IMG/VR virus record: IMGVR_UViG_3300020414_000204
Span: 1 to 32,416 of that record
DNA from: a virus
Taxonomy: Duplodnaviria > Caudoviricetes
Length of the DNA stretch: 32,416 bases
Reading direction: 5' to 3' (one strand)
Shown here: positions 18,038-27,207 of the stretch, piece by piece
How positions within the stretch are numbered: position 1 is the stretch's first letter
Layout of the letters: each line of letters opens with the position of its first letter
Program-made: the position numbers and the translations under genes
The notes under the pieces: model-generated
What the model was told of the DNA's origin: nothing
What the model saw: the letters and a program-made list of their open reading frames with translations, nothing else
Databases searched by the model: none

Positions 18038-20266
18038 ATGTCAACTCAAGAAATCAAAGGTAACCTTGCCCGTCTTCTCGCTACCGAGAACCTCATCGTC
18101 GAACACAGATCCGTCGCAACTGCTTCCTTTGATGTTGACAGGCGTGTCCTGACTCTCCCTAACTGGGACCGCGCTAGCAGCACAGTGTATGACCTGCTCG
18201 TAGGTCATGAAGTTGGTCATGCACTGTTCACGCCAAACGAAGACTGGCGTGATGCTGCAAACTGCCCTAAAGACTATATCAATGTTGTAGAGGATGCTCG
18301 CATTGAGAAGTTGATGAAGCGTAAGTTTCCTGGTCTTCGTAAATCATTTTCCAACGGTTACGCCGAACTAAACGAGCAAGACTTCTTCGGTATCGCTGAT
18401 GAAGATCTCAGCAAGATGAGTCTTATCGATCGTATTAACCTTCACTTCAAGTGTGGTGCTAATGCACTCATGCCTTTCAGCATCGAAGAGAAAGTATTTG
18501 TTGCTCGCTGCGATCTTGCTGAGACATTTGAAGAAGTCTGCTCCATTGCTAATGACATCTATGCTTTCGTCAACGCTGCTAAAGAAGAGCAGGAAGTAGA
18601 TGTGCAGATGCCTGCTGACACCAACCAGAATGGTGGTGAAGAAGGTGACCAAGAGCAGACTTCTGCTGAGCAGCAAGAGTCTGAGTCTTCTGAAGAAGAT
18701 CAACCTGATGCTACACCTCAGGCAGGTGGTACTTCTGGTGGTTCTACATCCTCTGGTGCAGATCTAGAAGATGTGCGTGACGACTGGTACGATGAAGATG
18801 GCAACATGACTGAACCAGAAGGTAGCAGCACTGAAGGTGGTGAGACTTCTAAAACTCAACGCGCTTTCGATTCTTCTGTCGATAGTTTGATTGACAATCA
18901 TCGTCATAGGTCCGTGACTTATGTGCAGATTCCTGAGAAAATTGACCTAAATGATATTGTAGTTGACTGGTCAGAAGTCCACGAATGGATCGACCAATAC
19001 TACAACGGTCTTGAAGGTCGTGGTGAGGACTTCTTCGCACATGCATCTCAAGAATACAAAATTTTCCGCAAGGAATCTCAGAAGGAGGTTAACTATCTTG
19101 TTAAAGAGTTTGAGTGCCGTAAGTCTGCTGACGCTTACGCTCGTGCTGGTGAATCTAAAACTGGTGTCCTTGATACTGCAAAGTTACACACTTATCGTTA
19201 TAACGAAGACATCTTCAAAAAAGTAACTGTTGTTCCTGACGGTAAGAATCACGGTCTTGTATTTCTCATGGACTGGTCTGGTTCTATTGCACCTCAGTTG
19301 CACTCTACTTACAAGCAATTGCTGAACCTCACTGCCTTCTGTAAGAAAGTTCAGATTCCTTTTGAAGTGTATGCTTTCACTAATGAGTGGCGCATTGTAA
19401 ACCACATGAAGAACAATACTGTTGGTGAGCATCGCTCTAGTTTCTACTATCACGACAGTCGTGAAGATGGTCTCGTAGAAGGTGAAGTCTCTCTTGGTGG
19501 CAATAACTTCTTCCACCTCATGAATATTCTTTCTTCTCGTTCTAACTCCAAGGAATACGAGCGTCAGTGCCAAAACATCTGGAAGATCACTTACTCATAC
19601 ACAACTTCTGCTGCTGGTTACATCGGTGTACCTAACGGTCTTGAGTTGTCTGGTACTCCTTTGAACGAAGCGATCATTGCTATGAACTATGTGATCCCTA
19701 AGTTCCAGAAGGAGAACGATCTTCAAAAAGTCAACCTTTGCATCCTGACTGATGGTGATGGTTGCATGACTGGTTATGGTCGTAGAGGTTGGAACTATGC
19801 TGACGAGGAAGAATGCATCGTTCGTGGTCGTATGGACTGCAACAATGCACTTCGTGACCGCAAGACTGGTCGTGTCTACCCACAGTTCCAGGACTCATAC
19901 CACGCTGTAACTAACACATTCATTCAGCAGTTGCGTGATCGTAACCCTAATGTCAATGTTCTTGGGTTCCGTGTCATGAATGGTAGTAATTTGCTGAACT
20001 TTGTTCACAACTATGCTGCTGATGGTTACACCGAATACGATCGTATTCGTGAAAAGTGGAAGAAAGAGAAGTCTGCCATCATCGATAACCCCATCTCCTA
20101 CACTGCGCTCTATGCCATTGCACAGACCAGTCTTGAGGCTGACACTGAATTTAATGTAGAATCTGGTGCCAAGAAGGGTGAGATCACCAAGGCATTCAAG
20201 AAAATGCTAAAGGGTAAATCCACGAACAAGAAACTTCTTAACTCGTTTGTCGGATATATTGCTTGA
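18038..20266 (+). CDS. CobT-like protein: N-terminal HExxH metallopeptidase-like domain, acidic linker, C-terminal vWA (MIDAS) domain
   Basis: HEVGH then NVVEDARIE; D/E/Q-rich linker; DWSGS, GTPL and LTDGD MIDAS motifs. Confidence 0.88.
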   Translation: MSTQEIKGNLARLLATENLIVEHRSVATASFDVDRRVLTLPNWDRASSTVYDLLVGHEVGHALFTPNEDWRDAANCPKDYINVVEDARIEKLMKRKFPGLRKSFSNGYAELNEQDFFGIADEDLSKMSLIDRINLHFKCGANALMPFSIEEKVFVARCDLAETFEEVCSIANDIYAFVNAAKEEQEVDVQMPADTNQNGGEEGDQEQTSAEQQESESSEEDQPDATPQAGGTSGGSTSSGADLEDVRDDWYDEDGNMTEPEGSSTEGGETSKTQRAFDSSVDSLIDNHRHRSVTYVQIPEKIDLNDIVVDWSEVHEWIDQYYNGLEGRGEDFFAHASQEYKIFRKESQKEVNYLVKEFECRKSADAYARAGESKTGVLDTAKLHTYRYNEDIFKKVTVVPDGKNHGLVFLMDWSGSIAPQLHSTYKQLLNLTAFCKKVQIPFEVYAFTNEWRIVNHMKNNTVGEHRSSFYYHDSREDGLVEGEVSLGGNNFFHLMNILSSRSNSKEYERQCQNIWKITYSYTTSAAGYIGVPNGLELSGTPLNEAIIAMNYVIPKFQKENDLQKVNLCILTDGDGCMTGYGRRGWNYADEEECIVRGRMDCNNALRDRKTGRVYPQFQDSYHAVTNTFIQQLRDRNPNVNVLGFRVMNGSNLLNFVHNYAADGYTEYDRIREKWKKEKSAIIDNPISYTALYAIAQTSLEADTEFNVESGAKKGEITKAFKKMLKGKSTNKKLLNSFVGYIA

Positions 20267-20291
20267 CAACCTGTTTTACATGCTATATAAT
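20263..20291 (+). promoter_or_regulatory. Early sigma70-type promoter
   Basis: Perfect TTGACA-N17-TATAAT; the -35 overlaps the upstream TGA stop. Confidence 0.9.
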
Positions 20292-20318
20292 CACAGTATT
20301 CCTATTTGACTCCCGATC

Positions 20319-20855
20319 ATGCGTAAATGGAAATCGATTTGTATCGAATACAAAAAATACGAGCAACTCCACAAAGAAAAGATCATGCTTCTGGCACTCC
20401 AGATGCAGATCAGATGCAACAAGAACTCTACCCGCCTTAAATTCATGCGTAAGGCATGTAAAGACTACTGCATGAAGCACTTCCCATCTGCATACAAGCA
20501 GATGGAAGAAGCGGACTGGGCAGATGTCGCAAAGCGTATGAGTCACATGTGGTGTAAGGAGAGAAATCACAACAGCATCTTCGCGAAGCAGCGTGAGTTG
20601 TATCCTGCACTTTTCTACAGCGGCAAGAACAAGGGAGAAACTCCCGTTACACTTCCTTTCGATGTATGGGAAGGTGTAGACTCTGACATTCCAGAATCTA
20701 CTGTCGAACAACCAGACAAGTTTGTTGAGGTTCAAACCAAGATTGAATTTGAACCACCAGCAGACAGCAAGCAGGAGCAGATTAAGAAACTCCTGAGCAT
20801 GTTTGATATTGCATCGCTGACGACCAAAGAAGGCACAGTGATCCAGTTCAACTAG
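20319..20855 (+). CDS. Hypothetical protein, 178 aa (basic N-half, acidic C-half)
   Basis: ORF flanked by its own promoter and terminator; no motif recognised. Confidence 0.75.
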   Translation: MRKWKSICIEYKKYEQLHKEKIMLLALQMQIRCNKNSTRLKFMRKACKDYCMKHFPSAYKQMEEADWADVAKRMSHMWCKERNHNSIFAKQRELYPALFYSGKNKGETPVTLPFDVWEGVDSDIPESTVEQPDKFVEVQTKIEFEPPADSKQEQIKKLLSMFDIASLTTKEGTVIQFN

Positions 20856-20909
20856 TGGCACACCCCCCCTTCCAGGGGGGTTTTTTATTGTATATAATAT
20901 GTGCATACA
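20842..20909 (+). promoter_or_regulatory. Palindrome plus -10 promoter element (copy 2) for the AAA+ gene
   Basis: TCCAGTT-CAAC-TAGTGGC (imperfect inverted repeat), then TATAAT at 20893 followed by ATGTGCATACA. Confidence 0.6.
20862..20886 (+). terminator. Rho-independent terminator
   Basis: ACCCCCC-CTTCCA-GGGGGGT followed by TTTTT. Confidence 0.75.
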
Positions 20910-20924
20910 ACACAAACACCACAA

Positions 20925-22016
20925 ATGCCCGCTCCTTCAAATCTTACTACTAAGAAACTGACCAACTATCTTTCTAAGAAGTTCGGTACTGACATCAATG
21001 CTACTCATGTTCGCATTGCTGCTAGGCATTTCGGTGTGCAATACGCTACCGCTACTAAGCGTCTTCGGGAATACTATGTCCAGCGTGGCACTTGGTCTAT
21101 CGATGTAGAGCAAGCGCGTAAGGATCTCGAAGTCACTGTCCAAGCACCTGCTGCAGAACCTGCAGAGCAGAAGTCTTTCATTCCTGATAAGGATCCTAAC
21201 TTCGTTCCTTTCGGTAACTTCTCTGATGTAAAGAAGATCATTCAATCCAAACTCTTCTACCCCACTTTCGTTACTGGTCTGTCTGGTAATGGTAAAACTC
21301 TTGCCGTAGAGCAAGCATGTGCCCAACTAAATAGGGAACTCATTCGTGTAAACATTACCATTGAGACTGACGAAGATGATCTTATTGGTGGTTTCCGTCT
21401 TGTTAATGGCGAGACTGTTTGGCACAACGGACCCGTTGTTGAAGCTCTTGAGAGGGGAGCTGTGCTGCTTCTAGACGAAGTTGATCTGGCATCTAACAAG
21501 ATCCTTTGTCTGCAGTCTGTTCTCGAAGGCAAGGGTGTCTTCCTGAAGAAGATCGGTCGCTATGTCAAGCGCCACCCTGGTTTCAATGTCATCGCTACTG
21601 CCAACACCAAAGGTAAGGGTTCTGATGACGGTCGCTTCATCGGTACTAATGTTCTGAACGAAGCATTCCTTGAGCGTTTCGCTCTCACTTTCGAGCAAGA
21701 GTATCCTACTCCTGCTACCGAGACTAAGATTCTTGAGAAAGTCGCTGGTAATCTTGGCGTTCTCGACAAAGAATTCTGTACAAATCTTGCCAACTGGGCA
21801 GACATCATCCGTCGTACTTTCAAAGACGGTGGCATTGATGAAGTGATCTCTACTCGTAGACTCGTTCACATCATCCGTGCATTTGCTATCTGGCAGAATC
21901 GTATGAAGGCGATCAAACTTTGCGTCAACCGTTTCGATGACGAGACAAAGCAATCCTTCATCGAGTTGTATGATAAGATTGATGCTGATGTCAACACTGA
22001 GGAAGAAAATGCCTGA
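20925..22016 (+). CDS. cobS: CobS-like / MoxR-family AAA+ ATPase
   Basis: Walker A GLSGNGKT, Walker B LLLDEVD, ATANTKGKG, NEAFLERF and ISTRRL. Start placed at ATG 20925, downstream of the -10. Confidence 0.92.
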   Translation: MPAPSNLTTKKLTNYLSKKFGTDINATHVRIAARHFGVQYATATKRLREYYVQRGTWSIDVEQARKDLEVTVQAPAAEPAEQKSFIPDKDPNFVPFGNFSDVKKIIQSKLFYPTFVTGLSGNGKTLAVEQACAQLNRELIRVNITIETDEDDLIGGFRLVNGETVWHNGPVVEALERGAVLLLDEVDLASNKILCLQSVLEGKGVFLKKIGRYVKRHPGFNVIATANTKGKGSDDGRFIGTNVLNEAFLERFALTFEQEYPTPATETKILEKVAGNLGVLDKEFCTNLANWADIIRRTFKDGGIDEVISTRRLVHIIRAFAIWQNRMKAIKLCVNRFDDETKQSFIELYDKIDADVNTEEENA

Positions 22017-22176
22017 ACCAGGAGATTGTAACTTTATCGGTAGCGTGATCCGCCTCTTCGGAGGTGGGTCTGCCCGAGTCACTAAAGTGGATGGTGAACA
22101 TATCCACATTATTAATCTTGACGGTGAGTCAGATTTTTGCTATTATGATCAAATTGAGTATGTCTGTATGCCATGA
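22009..22176 (+). CDS. Hypothetical protein, 55 aa (small beta-rich domain)
   Basis: ATG 22009 with GAGGA SD; ATGA coupling to the next gene. Confidence 0.6.
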   Translation: MPEPGDCNFIGSVIRLFGGGSARVTKVDGEHIHIINLDGESDFCYYDQIEYVCMP

Positions 22177-22457
22177 TGAAGTATGACGAAGACACAATCC
22201 TTCAGGAACTGAAGGACTATATTACCTCTACTTACAACCAACACTATTCGGCAGGCAATGATGCTATCCAAACTTTAGATTTGATTGAAGCATGTGGTGA
22301 TGCTGAATCTTTCTGCCGATCTAACATTCTAAAGTATGCATCACGATATGATAAGAAAGGCACTGCTCGCCGTGACATCATGAAGATCTTGCACTATGCT
22401 GTGCTTCTGATGCACTTCTCTGATAAAACCAACACCACTGAAATTTACAATCAATGA
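22173..22457 (+). CDS. DUF3310-like protein
   Basis: HY....IQ..D.I.......FC..N..KY..RY.KKG....D..K..HY pattern. Confidence 0.8.
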   Translation: MMKYDEDTILQELKDYITSTYNQHYSAGNDAIQTLDLIEACGDAESFCRSNILKYASRYDKKGTARRDIMKILHYAVLLMHFSDKTNTTEIYNQ

Positions 22458-23125
22458 GCACCGTCACACTATCAAACAACACGCTAAATGTTCTCAGAAA
22501 CTATAGTACCATTAACTCGTCCATTGTGTTCCGCAAAGGGAACACGGTTCGTACTATCAGTAACGCAGAAAACATCTTGGCGAAGTTCACTAGCGAGGAA
22601 GTATTTCCTATGGACTTCGCGATTTATGATCTCAGTCAGTTTCTTTCTGGGATCAATCTGTTTAGCAATCCTCAGCTTGAGTTTGACAACGAAAATTATG
22701 TCACTGTTCGTGGCGGTCGTCAGTCTGCTCGTTACTACTTTTCTGATCCTGAGATTACGCTCAAATCTGCTCCAGAAAAAAATGTAAAGTTTCCTGGTGC
22801 AGACATCCAGTTCAACATGGATGAAGAGAGTCTGAATGATTTGCGTAAGGCATCTGCAGTATACAGTCTGCCTGACCTGACATTCAAAGCGACTGAAGAT
22901 AGCAACGAAGTTACTCTAATTCTTCACGATAAAGAGAATGATACCAGCAATACTTACGAGCAAACCATCTCTGGTTGCTGCACTGGGTCTTATTCACTGG
23001 ATGTCAAAATTGAAAACATCCGTGTGCTTCCAGGTAACTACACTGTCAAAGTTTCTAAGCACCTGATTTCTGAGTGGACTAATGTCAACACAGATCTTCT
23101 CTACTACATTGCACTTGAACCGTGA
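22454..23125 (+). CDS. gp45: DNA polymerase sliding clamp
   Basis: LS..TL.VL.N.STIN, FAIYDLSQFL, Y..SDP and YYIALE. Confidence 0.95.
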   Translation: MSTVTLSNNTLNVLRNYSTINSSIVFRKGNTVRTISNAENILAKFTSEEVFPMDFAIYDLSQFLSGINLFSNPQLEFDNENYVTVRGGRQSARYYFSDPEITLKSAPEKNVKFPGADIQFNMDEESLNDLRKASAVYSLPDLTFKATEDSNEVTLILHDKENDTSNTYEQTISGCCTGSYSLDVKIENIRVLPGNYTVKVSKHLISEWTNVNTDLLYYIALEP

Positions 23126-23697
23126 TCCTAAAGTATCCTGAAGTCAAAGATTATATTTTCAAGTATAATCTTCTACCAGGAGATGTATGTGACAGCATTG
23201 TCAACCGACTTGAGAAACGAAACAAATGGGAACCTCATGGTTGGTATGATGCTGTCACTAAGTCAGAAGATACTAAAGCAGATTTTCTGACTGTTAAGGA
23301 TGAGAAATGTAGACTCAAAATCTTTCCATATATTAGAGAACTGTGTATGCAGTTCCACGAAAAATATTATGTGAAAGAGAATACTAACTCAGACATTTTC
23401 TGGTCAGTAACATCGTCCATAAAATTCAATAAGTATTCTGTTGGAGAGAGCATCCAACCACACCACGATCATATCCATGATATGTTCGATGGTAAATTCA
23501 AAGGCATTCCTGCTGTCAGTATCATCGGCGCATTGAACGAAGATTATGAGGGTGGACAACTGACATTCTGGAATGAATATGTAGTTGAACTGAGGAAAGG
23601 TGATGTAGTTGCATTCCCCTCAGTTTTTATGTTCCCACATGAAGTACAACCAGTCACTTCAGGTACACGATACTCATGGGTGACATGGTGTGTATAA
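23122..23697 (+). CDS. 2OG-Fe(II) oxygenase (prolyl-4-hydroxylase-like)
   Basis: HxD (HHD), LNEDYEGG.L.F and FPS.FMFPHEV.PVTSGTRYS. Confidence 0.9.
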   Translation: MILKYPEVKDYIFKYNLLPGDVCDSIVNRLEKRNKWEPHGWYDAVTKSEDTKADFLTVKDEKCRLKIFPYIRELCMQFHEKYYVKENTNSDIFWSVTSSIKFNKYSVGESIQPHHDHIHDMFDGKFKGIPAVSIIGALNEDYEGGQLTFWNEYVVELRKGDVVAFPSVFMFPHEVQPVTSGTRYSWVTWCV

Positions 23698-23720
23698 TAA
23701 TATTATGCTACACTTAGAAT

Positions 23721-24236
23721 ATGAACATATTCGTCACTGATCTTTGCCCGATCAAATCTGCTCAGGTATTACCTGACAAACATATTGTGAAGATGCCTCT
23801 AGAGACATGTCAGATGTTATCTATTGTCGCATCTACTAAGTGGGGTCATGGTTTTGGCGATCTACCTAAACTTGATGGCACTCCATACAAGACAGACAAG
23901 GGTGCATTTCGCAATCACCCATGTACTATCTGGGCACAACAACGCTGGTCATGGTTGATACGCCATGGTCTAGCATTGTGTGCTGAGTACACATACAGGT
24001 ATGGTAAAATACACAGTTGTGAGAAGACTATTCTCCACGCTGAGAACATCTTCCCATTCCAATATCTTGGATCTGCAGCAGACAAGACATGGGAATTTGC
24101 TAGAGCAATGCCAGACCAGTGGAAGTATGATGACACTATCGATACTCCTACTGCATACAAACTATACATTGCTTCTAAACCTTGGGTAAAGGATAACTAC
24201 CTTCGCAAACCAGAACGCAAACCTGATTGGATTTAA
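23721..24236 (+). CDS. Pyrimidine-dimer DNA glycosylase (DenV)-family protein
   Basis: MNIF.....P..SA..L.DKH.VKM.LE..QML, NHPCT.W, EY..RYGK.H and AMPD. Confidence 0.75.
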   Translation: MNIFVTDLCPIKSAQVLPDKHIVKMPLETCQMLSIVASTKWGHGFGDLPKLDGTPYKTDKGAFRNHPCTIWAQQRWSWLIRHGLALCAEYTYRYGKIHSCEKTILHAENIFPFQYLGSAADKTWEFARAMPDQWKYDDTIDTPTAYKLYIASKPWVKDNYLRKPERKPDWI

Positions 24237-24238
24237 TT

Positions 24239-25183
24239 ATGAGCAAAGAATTTCTGTGGGTAGAGAAATACCGCCCCAGCATTGTTGAAGACTGCATTCT
24301 TCCTGAGAGTATCAAGGAAGTCTTTCAGGGTTTTGTCAACCAGGGTGAACTACCCAACCTGCTGCTGAGTGGCACCGCAGGAGTCGGTAAGACTACCATC
24401 GCTAAGGCGCTGTGTGAGGAGATTGGTGCCTCTTACATCGTGATCAATGGATCTGATGAAGGACGCTTCCTAGACACCGTTAGGAACCGTGTGAGGCAGT
24501 TTGCCACTACGGTCTCACTGACCTCTGGAGCGTCCCACAAGGTCGTTATTATCGATGAGGCAGACAACACCACTAGTGATGTCCAACTGTCTCTCAGGAC
24601 TGCTGTGGAGGAGTTCCATAGCAACTGTCGTTTCATTTTCACATGCAACTTCATCAACAAAATCATCGAACCATTGCACTCACGCTGCACGGTCGTTGAC
24701 TTCAGGATCAAACCTGAGCAAGCAACCAAGTTGCAAGGTGAATTTTTCACTCGTCTCAAAACTATTCTGACTCATGAGGAAGTTCAGTATGAAGACAAAG
24801 TTCTCGCGAAACTTGTTAAGAGGTATTATCCAGATTGGCGCAGGCTTATTAATGAGTGTCAGCGTTACGCTGCCACAGGTTCTATCGATTCCGCTATTCT
24901 CGTTGATGTTGCTGATATTAGTCTTGACAGTTTGTTGGGGTCTCTCAAACGAAAAGAGTTCACCTCAGTAAAGAACTGGGTGGTCCAACATATGGACAAT
25001 GATCCGAGCATGGTGATGCGTAAGATCTATGATAGTCTGTATGGTGTACTAAAACCATCGTCAGTTCCAGAAGCTGTGTTGATTATTGCTCAGTACATGA
25101 AAGACATTGTTATTGTTCCAGATCAGGAGATTAATTTACTAGCATGTTTAACAGAAATCATGATGAGGTGCGAGTTCAAGTAA
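24239..25183 (+). CDS. gp44: Clamp loader large subunit
   Basis: LWVEKYRP, GTAGVGKTT, IIDEAD, SRC motif and DQEINL.A. Confidence 0.97.
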   Translation: MSKEFLWVEKYRPSIVEDCILPESIKEVFQGFVNQGELPNLLLSGTAGVGKTTIAKALCEEIGASYIVINGSDEGRFLDTVRNRVRQFATTVSLTSGASHKVVIIDEADNTTSDVQLSLRTAVEEFHSNCRFIFTCNFINKIIEPLHSRCTVVDFRIKPEQATKLQGEFFTRLKTILTHEEVQYEDKVLAKLVKRYYPDWRRLINECQRYAATGSIDSAILVDVADISLDSLLGSLKRKEFTSVKNWVVQHMDNDPSMVMRKIYDSLYGVLKPSSVPEAVLIIAQYMKDIVIVPDQEINLLACLTEIMMRCEFK

Positions 25184-25437
25184 AAACTACACCAGAAAAT
25201 GTTAGGGAAGCGCATGAAGGACTTTTTCATGCTACAATGAACCTACCAGATGCTGCAGCACACTGTGGCATGACTCAAAAGGAGTTGAAAATGACATTCT
25301 TTGAATATCTTAAGTACAATGCCCCAGACTTTGAAATCACTGAAGACACCGCTCCGCTATCCAGGGGGCAAAAGCAGGGCGCTAGCAAACCTGTTCCGAT
25401 TCCTCCCCGACCTTTCCCAGGCAACCGAGTATCGTGA
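25168..25437 (+). CDS. Small HTH-like hypothetical protein (start uncertain)
   Basis: MNLPDAAAHCGMTQKELKMTFFEYLK helix-turn-helix pattern; fills the gp44-dam gap; start may be GTG 25168 or ATG 25144. Confidence 0.6.
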   Translation: MRVQVKTTPENVREAHEGLFHATMNLPDAAAHCGMTQKELKMTFFEYLKYNAPDFEITEDTAPLSRGQKQGASKPVPIPPRPFPGNRVS

Positions 25438-26182
25438 ACCATTCTTGGGCGGCGGTAGTGTCGCCCTTGAGATTACTAAGCGTTACCCACACATTGACAT
25501 TTGGGTCAATGATTTATATGAACCACTGTACAATTTTTGGTGTGAATTGAGGGACAACGGTCGTGAAGTTAAGAACATACTCCTCCAACTTAAACAAAGG
25601 CACCCTGACCCCGCTTCCGCTAAGCAACTTTTCTTGGACGCTAAGGACTATTTGTCAGGATCTGCGACAACAGATAAGTTTCCGCCATATTCTGAAAACA
25701 TATGGCGTGCTGTTTCTTTCTATGTTGTTAATAAGTGTTCTTTTTCGGGTCTTACTGAGAGTTCCTCCTTCTCCAAACAAGCAAGCGATTCCAACTTCTC
25801 CCTTGCAGGGATCGATCGTCTCTCCCAGTACCAAGATCTAATTGGAAACTGGAAGATCACCAATCTATCGTATGAAGATCTCTTGACTGATGACAAGAAG
25901 GTATTTACATACCTAGATCCACCGTATGAGATCAAAGACAATCTCTATGGTAAGAAGGGATCGATGCACAAAGGATTTAATCATGATGACTTTGCTGCTC
26001 ATTGTGACAGATTCATTGGTCCACAGTTGATTTCCTACAACAACTCACAACTTATCAGAGATAGGTTCGATGGGTGGACAGCTGCGGAATTTGCACACAC
26101 TTACACCATGCGCTCCGTGGGGAGTTATAATACAGATCAAGCGTCTCGCAAGGAACTAGTCCTTTTTAATTATGAAGTGTGA
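25319..26182 (+). CDS. dam: DNA adenine methyltransferase (Dam family), orphan
   Basis: LRYPGGKS, EPFLGGGS and YLDPPY motifs. Confidence 0.92.
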   Translation: MPQTLKSLKTPLRYPGGKSRALANLFRFLPDLSQATEYREPFLGGGSVALEITKRYPHIDIWVNDLYEPLYNFWCELRDNGREVKNILLQLKQRHPDPASAKQLFLDAKDYLSGSATTDKFPPYSENIWRAVSFYVVNKCSFSGLTESSSFSKQASDSNFSLAGIDRLSQYQDLIGNWKITNLSYEDLLTDDKKVFTYLDPPYEIKDNLYGKKGSMHKGFNHDDFAAHCDRFIGPQLISYNNSQLIRDRFDGWTAAEFAHTYTMRSVGSYNTDQASRKELVLFNYEV

Positions 26183-26312
26183 AGTCCGTCTCTATGTTGC
26201 TGGCACTGTGTTCACCGAAGAGGTGATCGCTCGCAACTACGAAGAAGCACGCCAGGTAGCACTGGCACGCAACCCTAATGCCAAGGTTCTTGGCGTCAAC
26301 GCTAAGTTCTAA
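26172..26312 (+). CDS. Hypothetical protein, 46 aa (MKCEVRLYVAGTVFTEEVIARNYEEARQVALARNPNAKVLGVNAKF)
   Basis: Read manually; exactly fills the gap; TAATG coupling to the next gene. Confidence 0.75.
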   Translation: MKCEVRLYVAGTVFTEEVIARNYEEARQVALARNPNAKVLGVNAKF

Positions 26313-26830
26313 TGGCAGGAATCAATATCTCCACTGTTCGCAAGGAGATTCCCGTGTTCATTCTTCACGAGGATCCAGAACAGTGGGGACTTTCTCGTAT
26401 CATCAAGAAACATAGAAAGAAGCATCCAGAATCGTACAAAAGCAATGTCAATGCATGGCATAGTGCTTGGGATACTCATAAGATAAATCATAAGTTTGAT
26501 CCATTCGTTGAGCACCTAGTTGGTGCTTGTGAATTTATCATGGCAGGTTACTATGATCATGATGCAAAACTCAACTGCAAAGATTTTTGGGTGATGCAAT
26601 ATGAGAAGGGAGATTCTGCACAACAACATCAACATTTTCCATATACATTTGCATGTGCATATTATGTTGATGCTGAAGAGGGTTGCTCTCCTATTATATT
26701 TGAGGGTAAACTAGAGATACCTGCTGAGACAGGTAAGTTAATTATATTTCCTGCTTATCTTAAGCACGAAGTGCCACCAACTGATTCAAAGAGAACTGTA
26801 ATTTCTGCAAACATATGTCTTACCAACTAA
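26312..26830 (+). CDS. Putative 2OG-Fe(II) oxygenase (HxH type)
   Basis: W...Y.KG....H.H, YYV, G.LIIFP.YL.H.V.P and R.VIS.N. Confidence 0.85.
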   Translation: MAGINISTVRKEIPVFILHEDPEQWGLSRIIKKHRKKHPESYKSNVNAWHSAWDTHKINHKFDPFVEHLVGACEFIMAGYYDHDAKLNCKDFWVMQYEKGDSAQQHQHFPYTFACAYYVDAEEGCSPIIFEGKLEIPAETGKLIIFPAYLKHEVPPTDSKRTVISANICLTN

Positions 26831-27207
26831 AAGATTATTTGTATTCAATCAACCAATCTAAGAAGAACATTCTCAATGATGATATTGATGCTGAGCGAGG
26901 GTATCCTCCTTACATTGTTAACAGGTGCCTCAGTTCTTTCACTGATACTATCCTCTATGTCAATGAGATGAACAAGTGTTCGCACCTACCAAAGAAGATG
27001 CAATATGACTTTTTGCTAAATAGTGTGAAGCCTAGGAAGCGTTTCTCTCCTTGGGCACGAAAAGATTCTATTGATTATCTTGATGTAGTCAAAGATTATT
27101 ATGGTTATAATGACGATAAAGCTTTGCAAGCATTGAGAATTCTCACCAAGGATCAACTAGATAGTATTACATATTCATTGAGAAAAGGTGGTAAGCATGA
27201 GCGTTGA
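26815..27207 (+). CDS. gp62: Clamp loader small subunit
   Basis: YPPYIVNRCLS, NEMN, QYDFLLN, RKRFSPW and YYGYN..KA..AL.IL. Confidence 0.93.
   Translation: MSYQLKDYLYSINQSKKNILNDDIDAERGYPPYIVNRCLSSFTDTILYVNEMNKCSHLPKKMQYDFLLNSVKPRKRFSPWARKDSIDYLDVVKDYYGYNDDKALQALRILTKDQLDSITYSLRKGGKHER

Noticed and set aside
20283-20924. 213 aa antisense ORF spanning the orphan cassette
   Set aside because: Promoter and terminator both point in the + direction. The antisense frame runs through regulatory DNA and has no SD or promoter that I can see.
23680-23709. TATAAT at 23693 before the DenV-like gene
   Set aside because: No properly spaced -35 or TGn extension. It may be real but is too weak to call.
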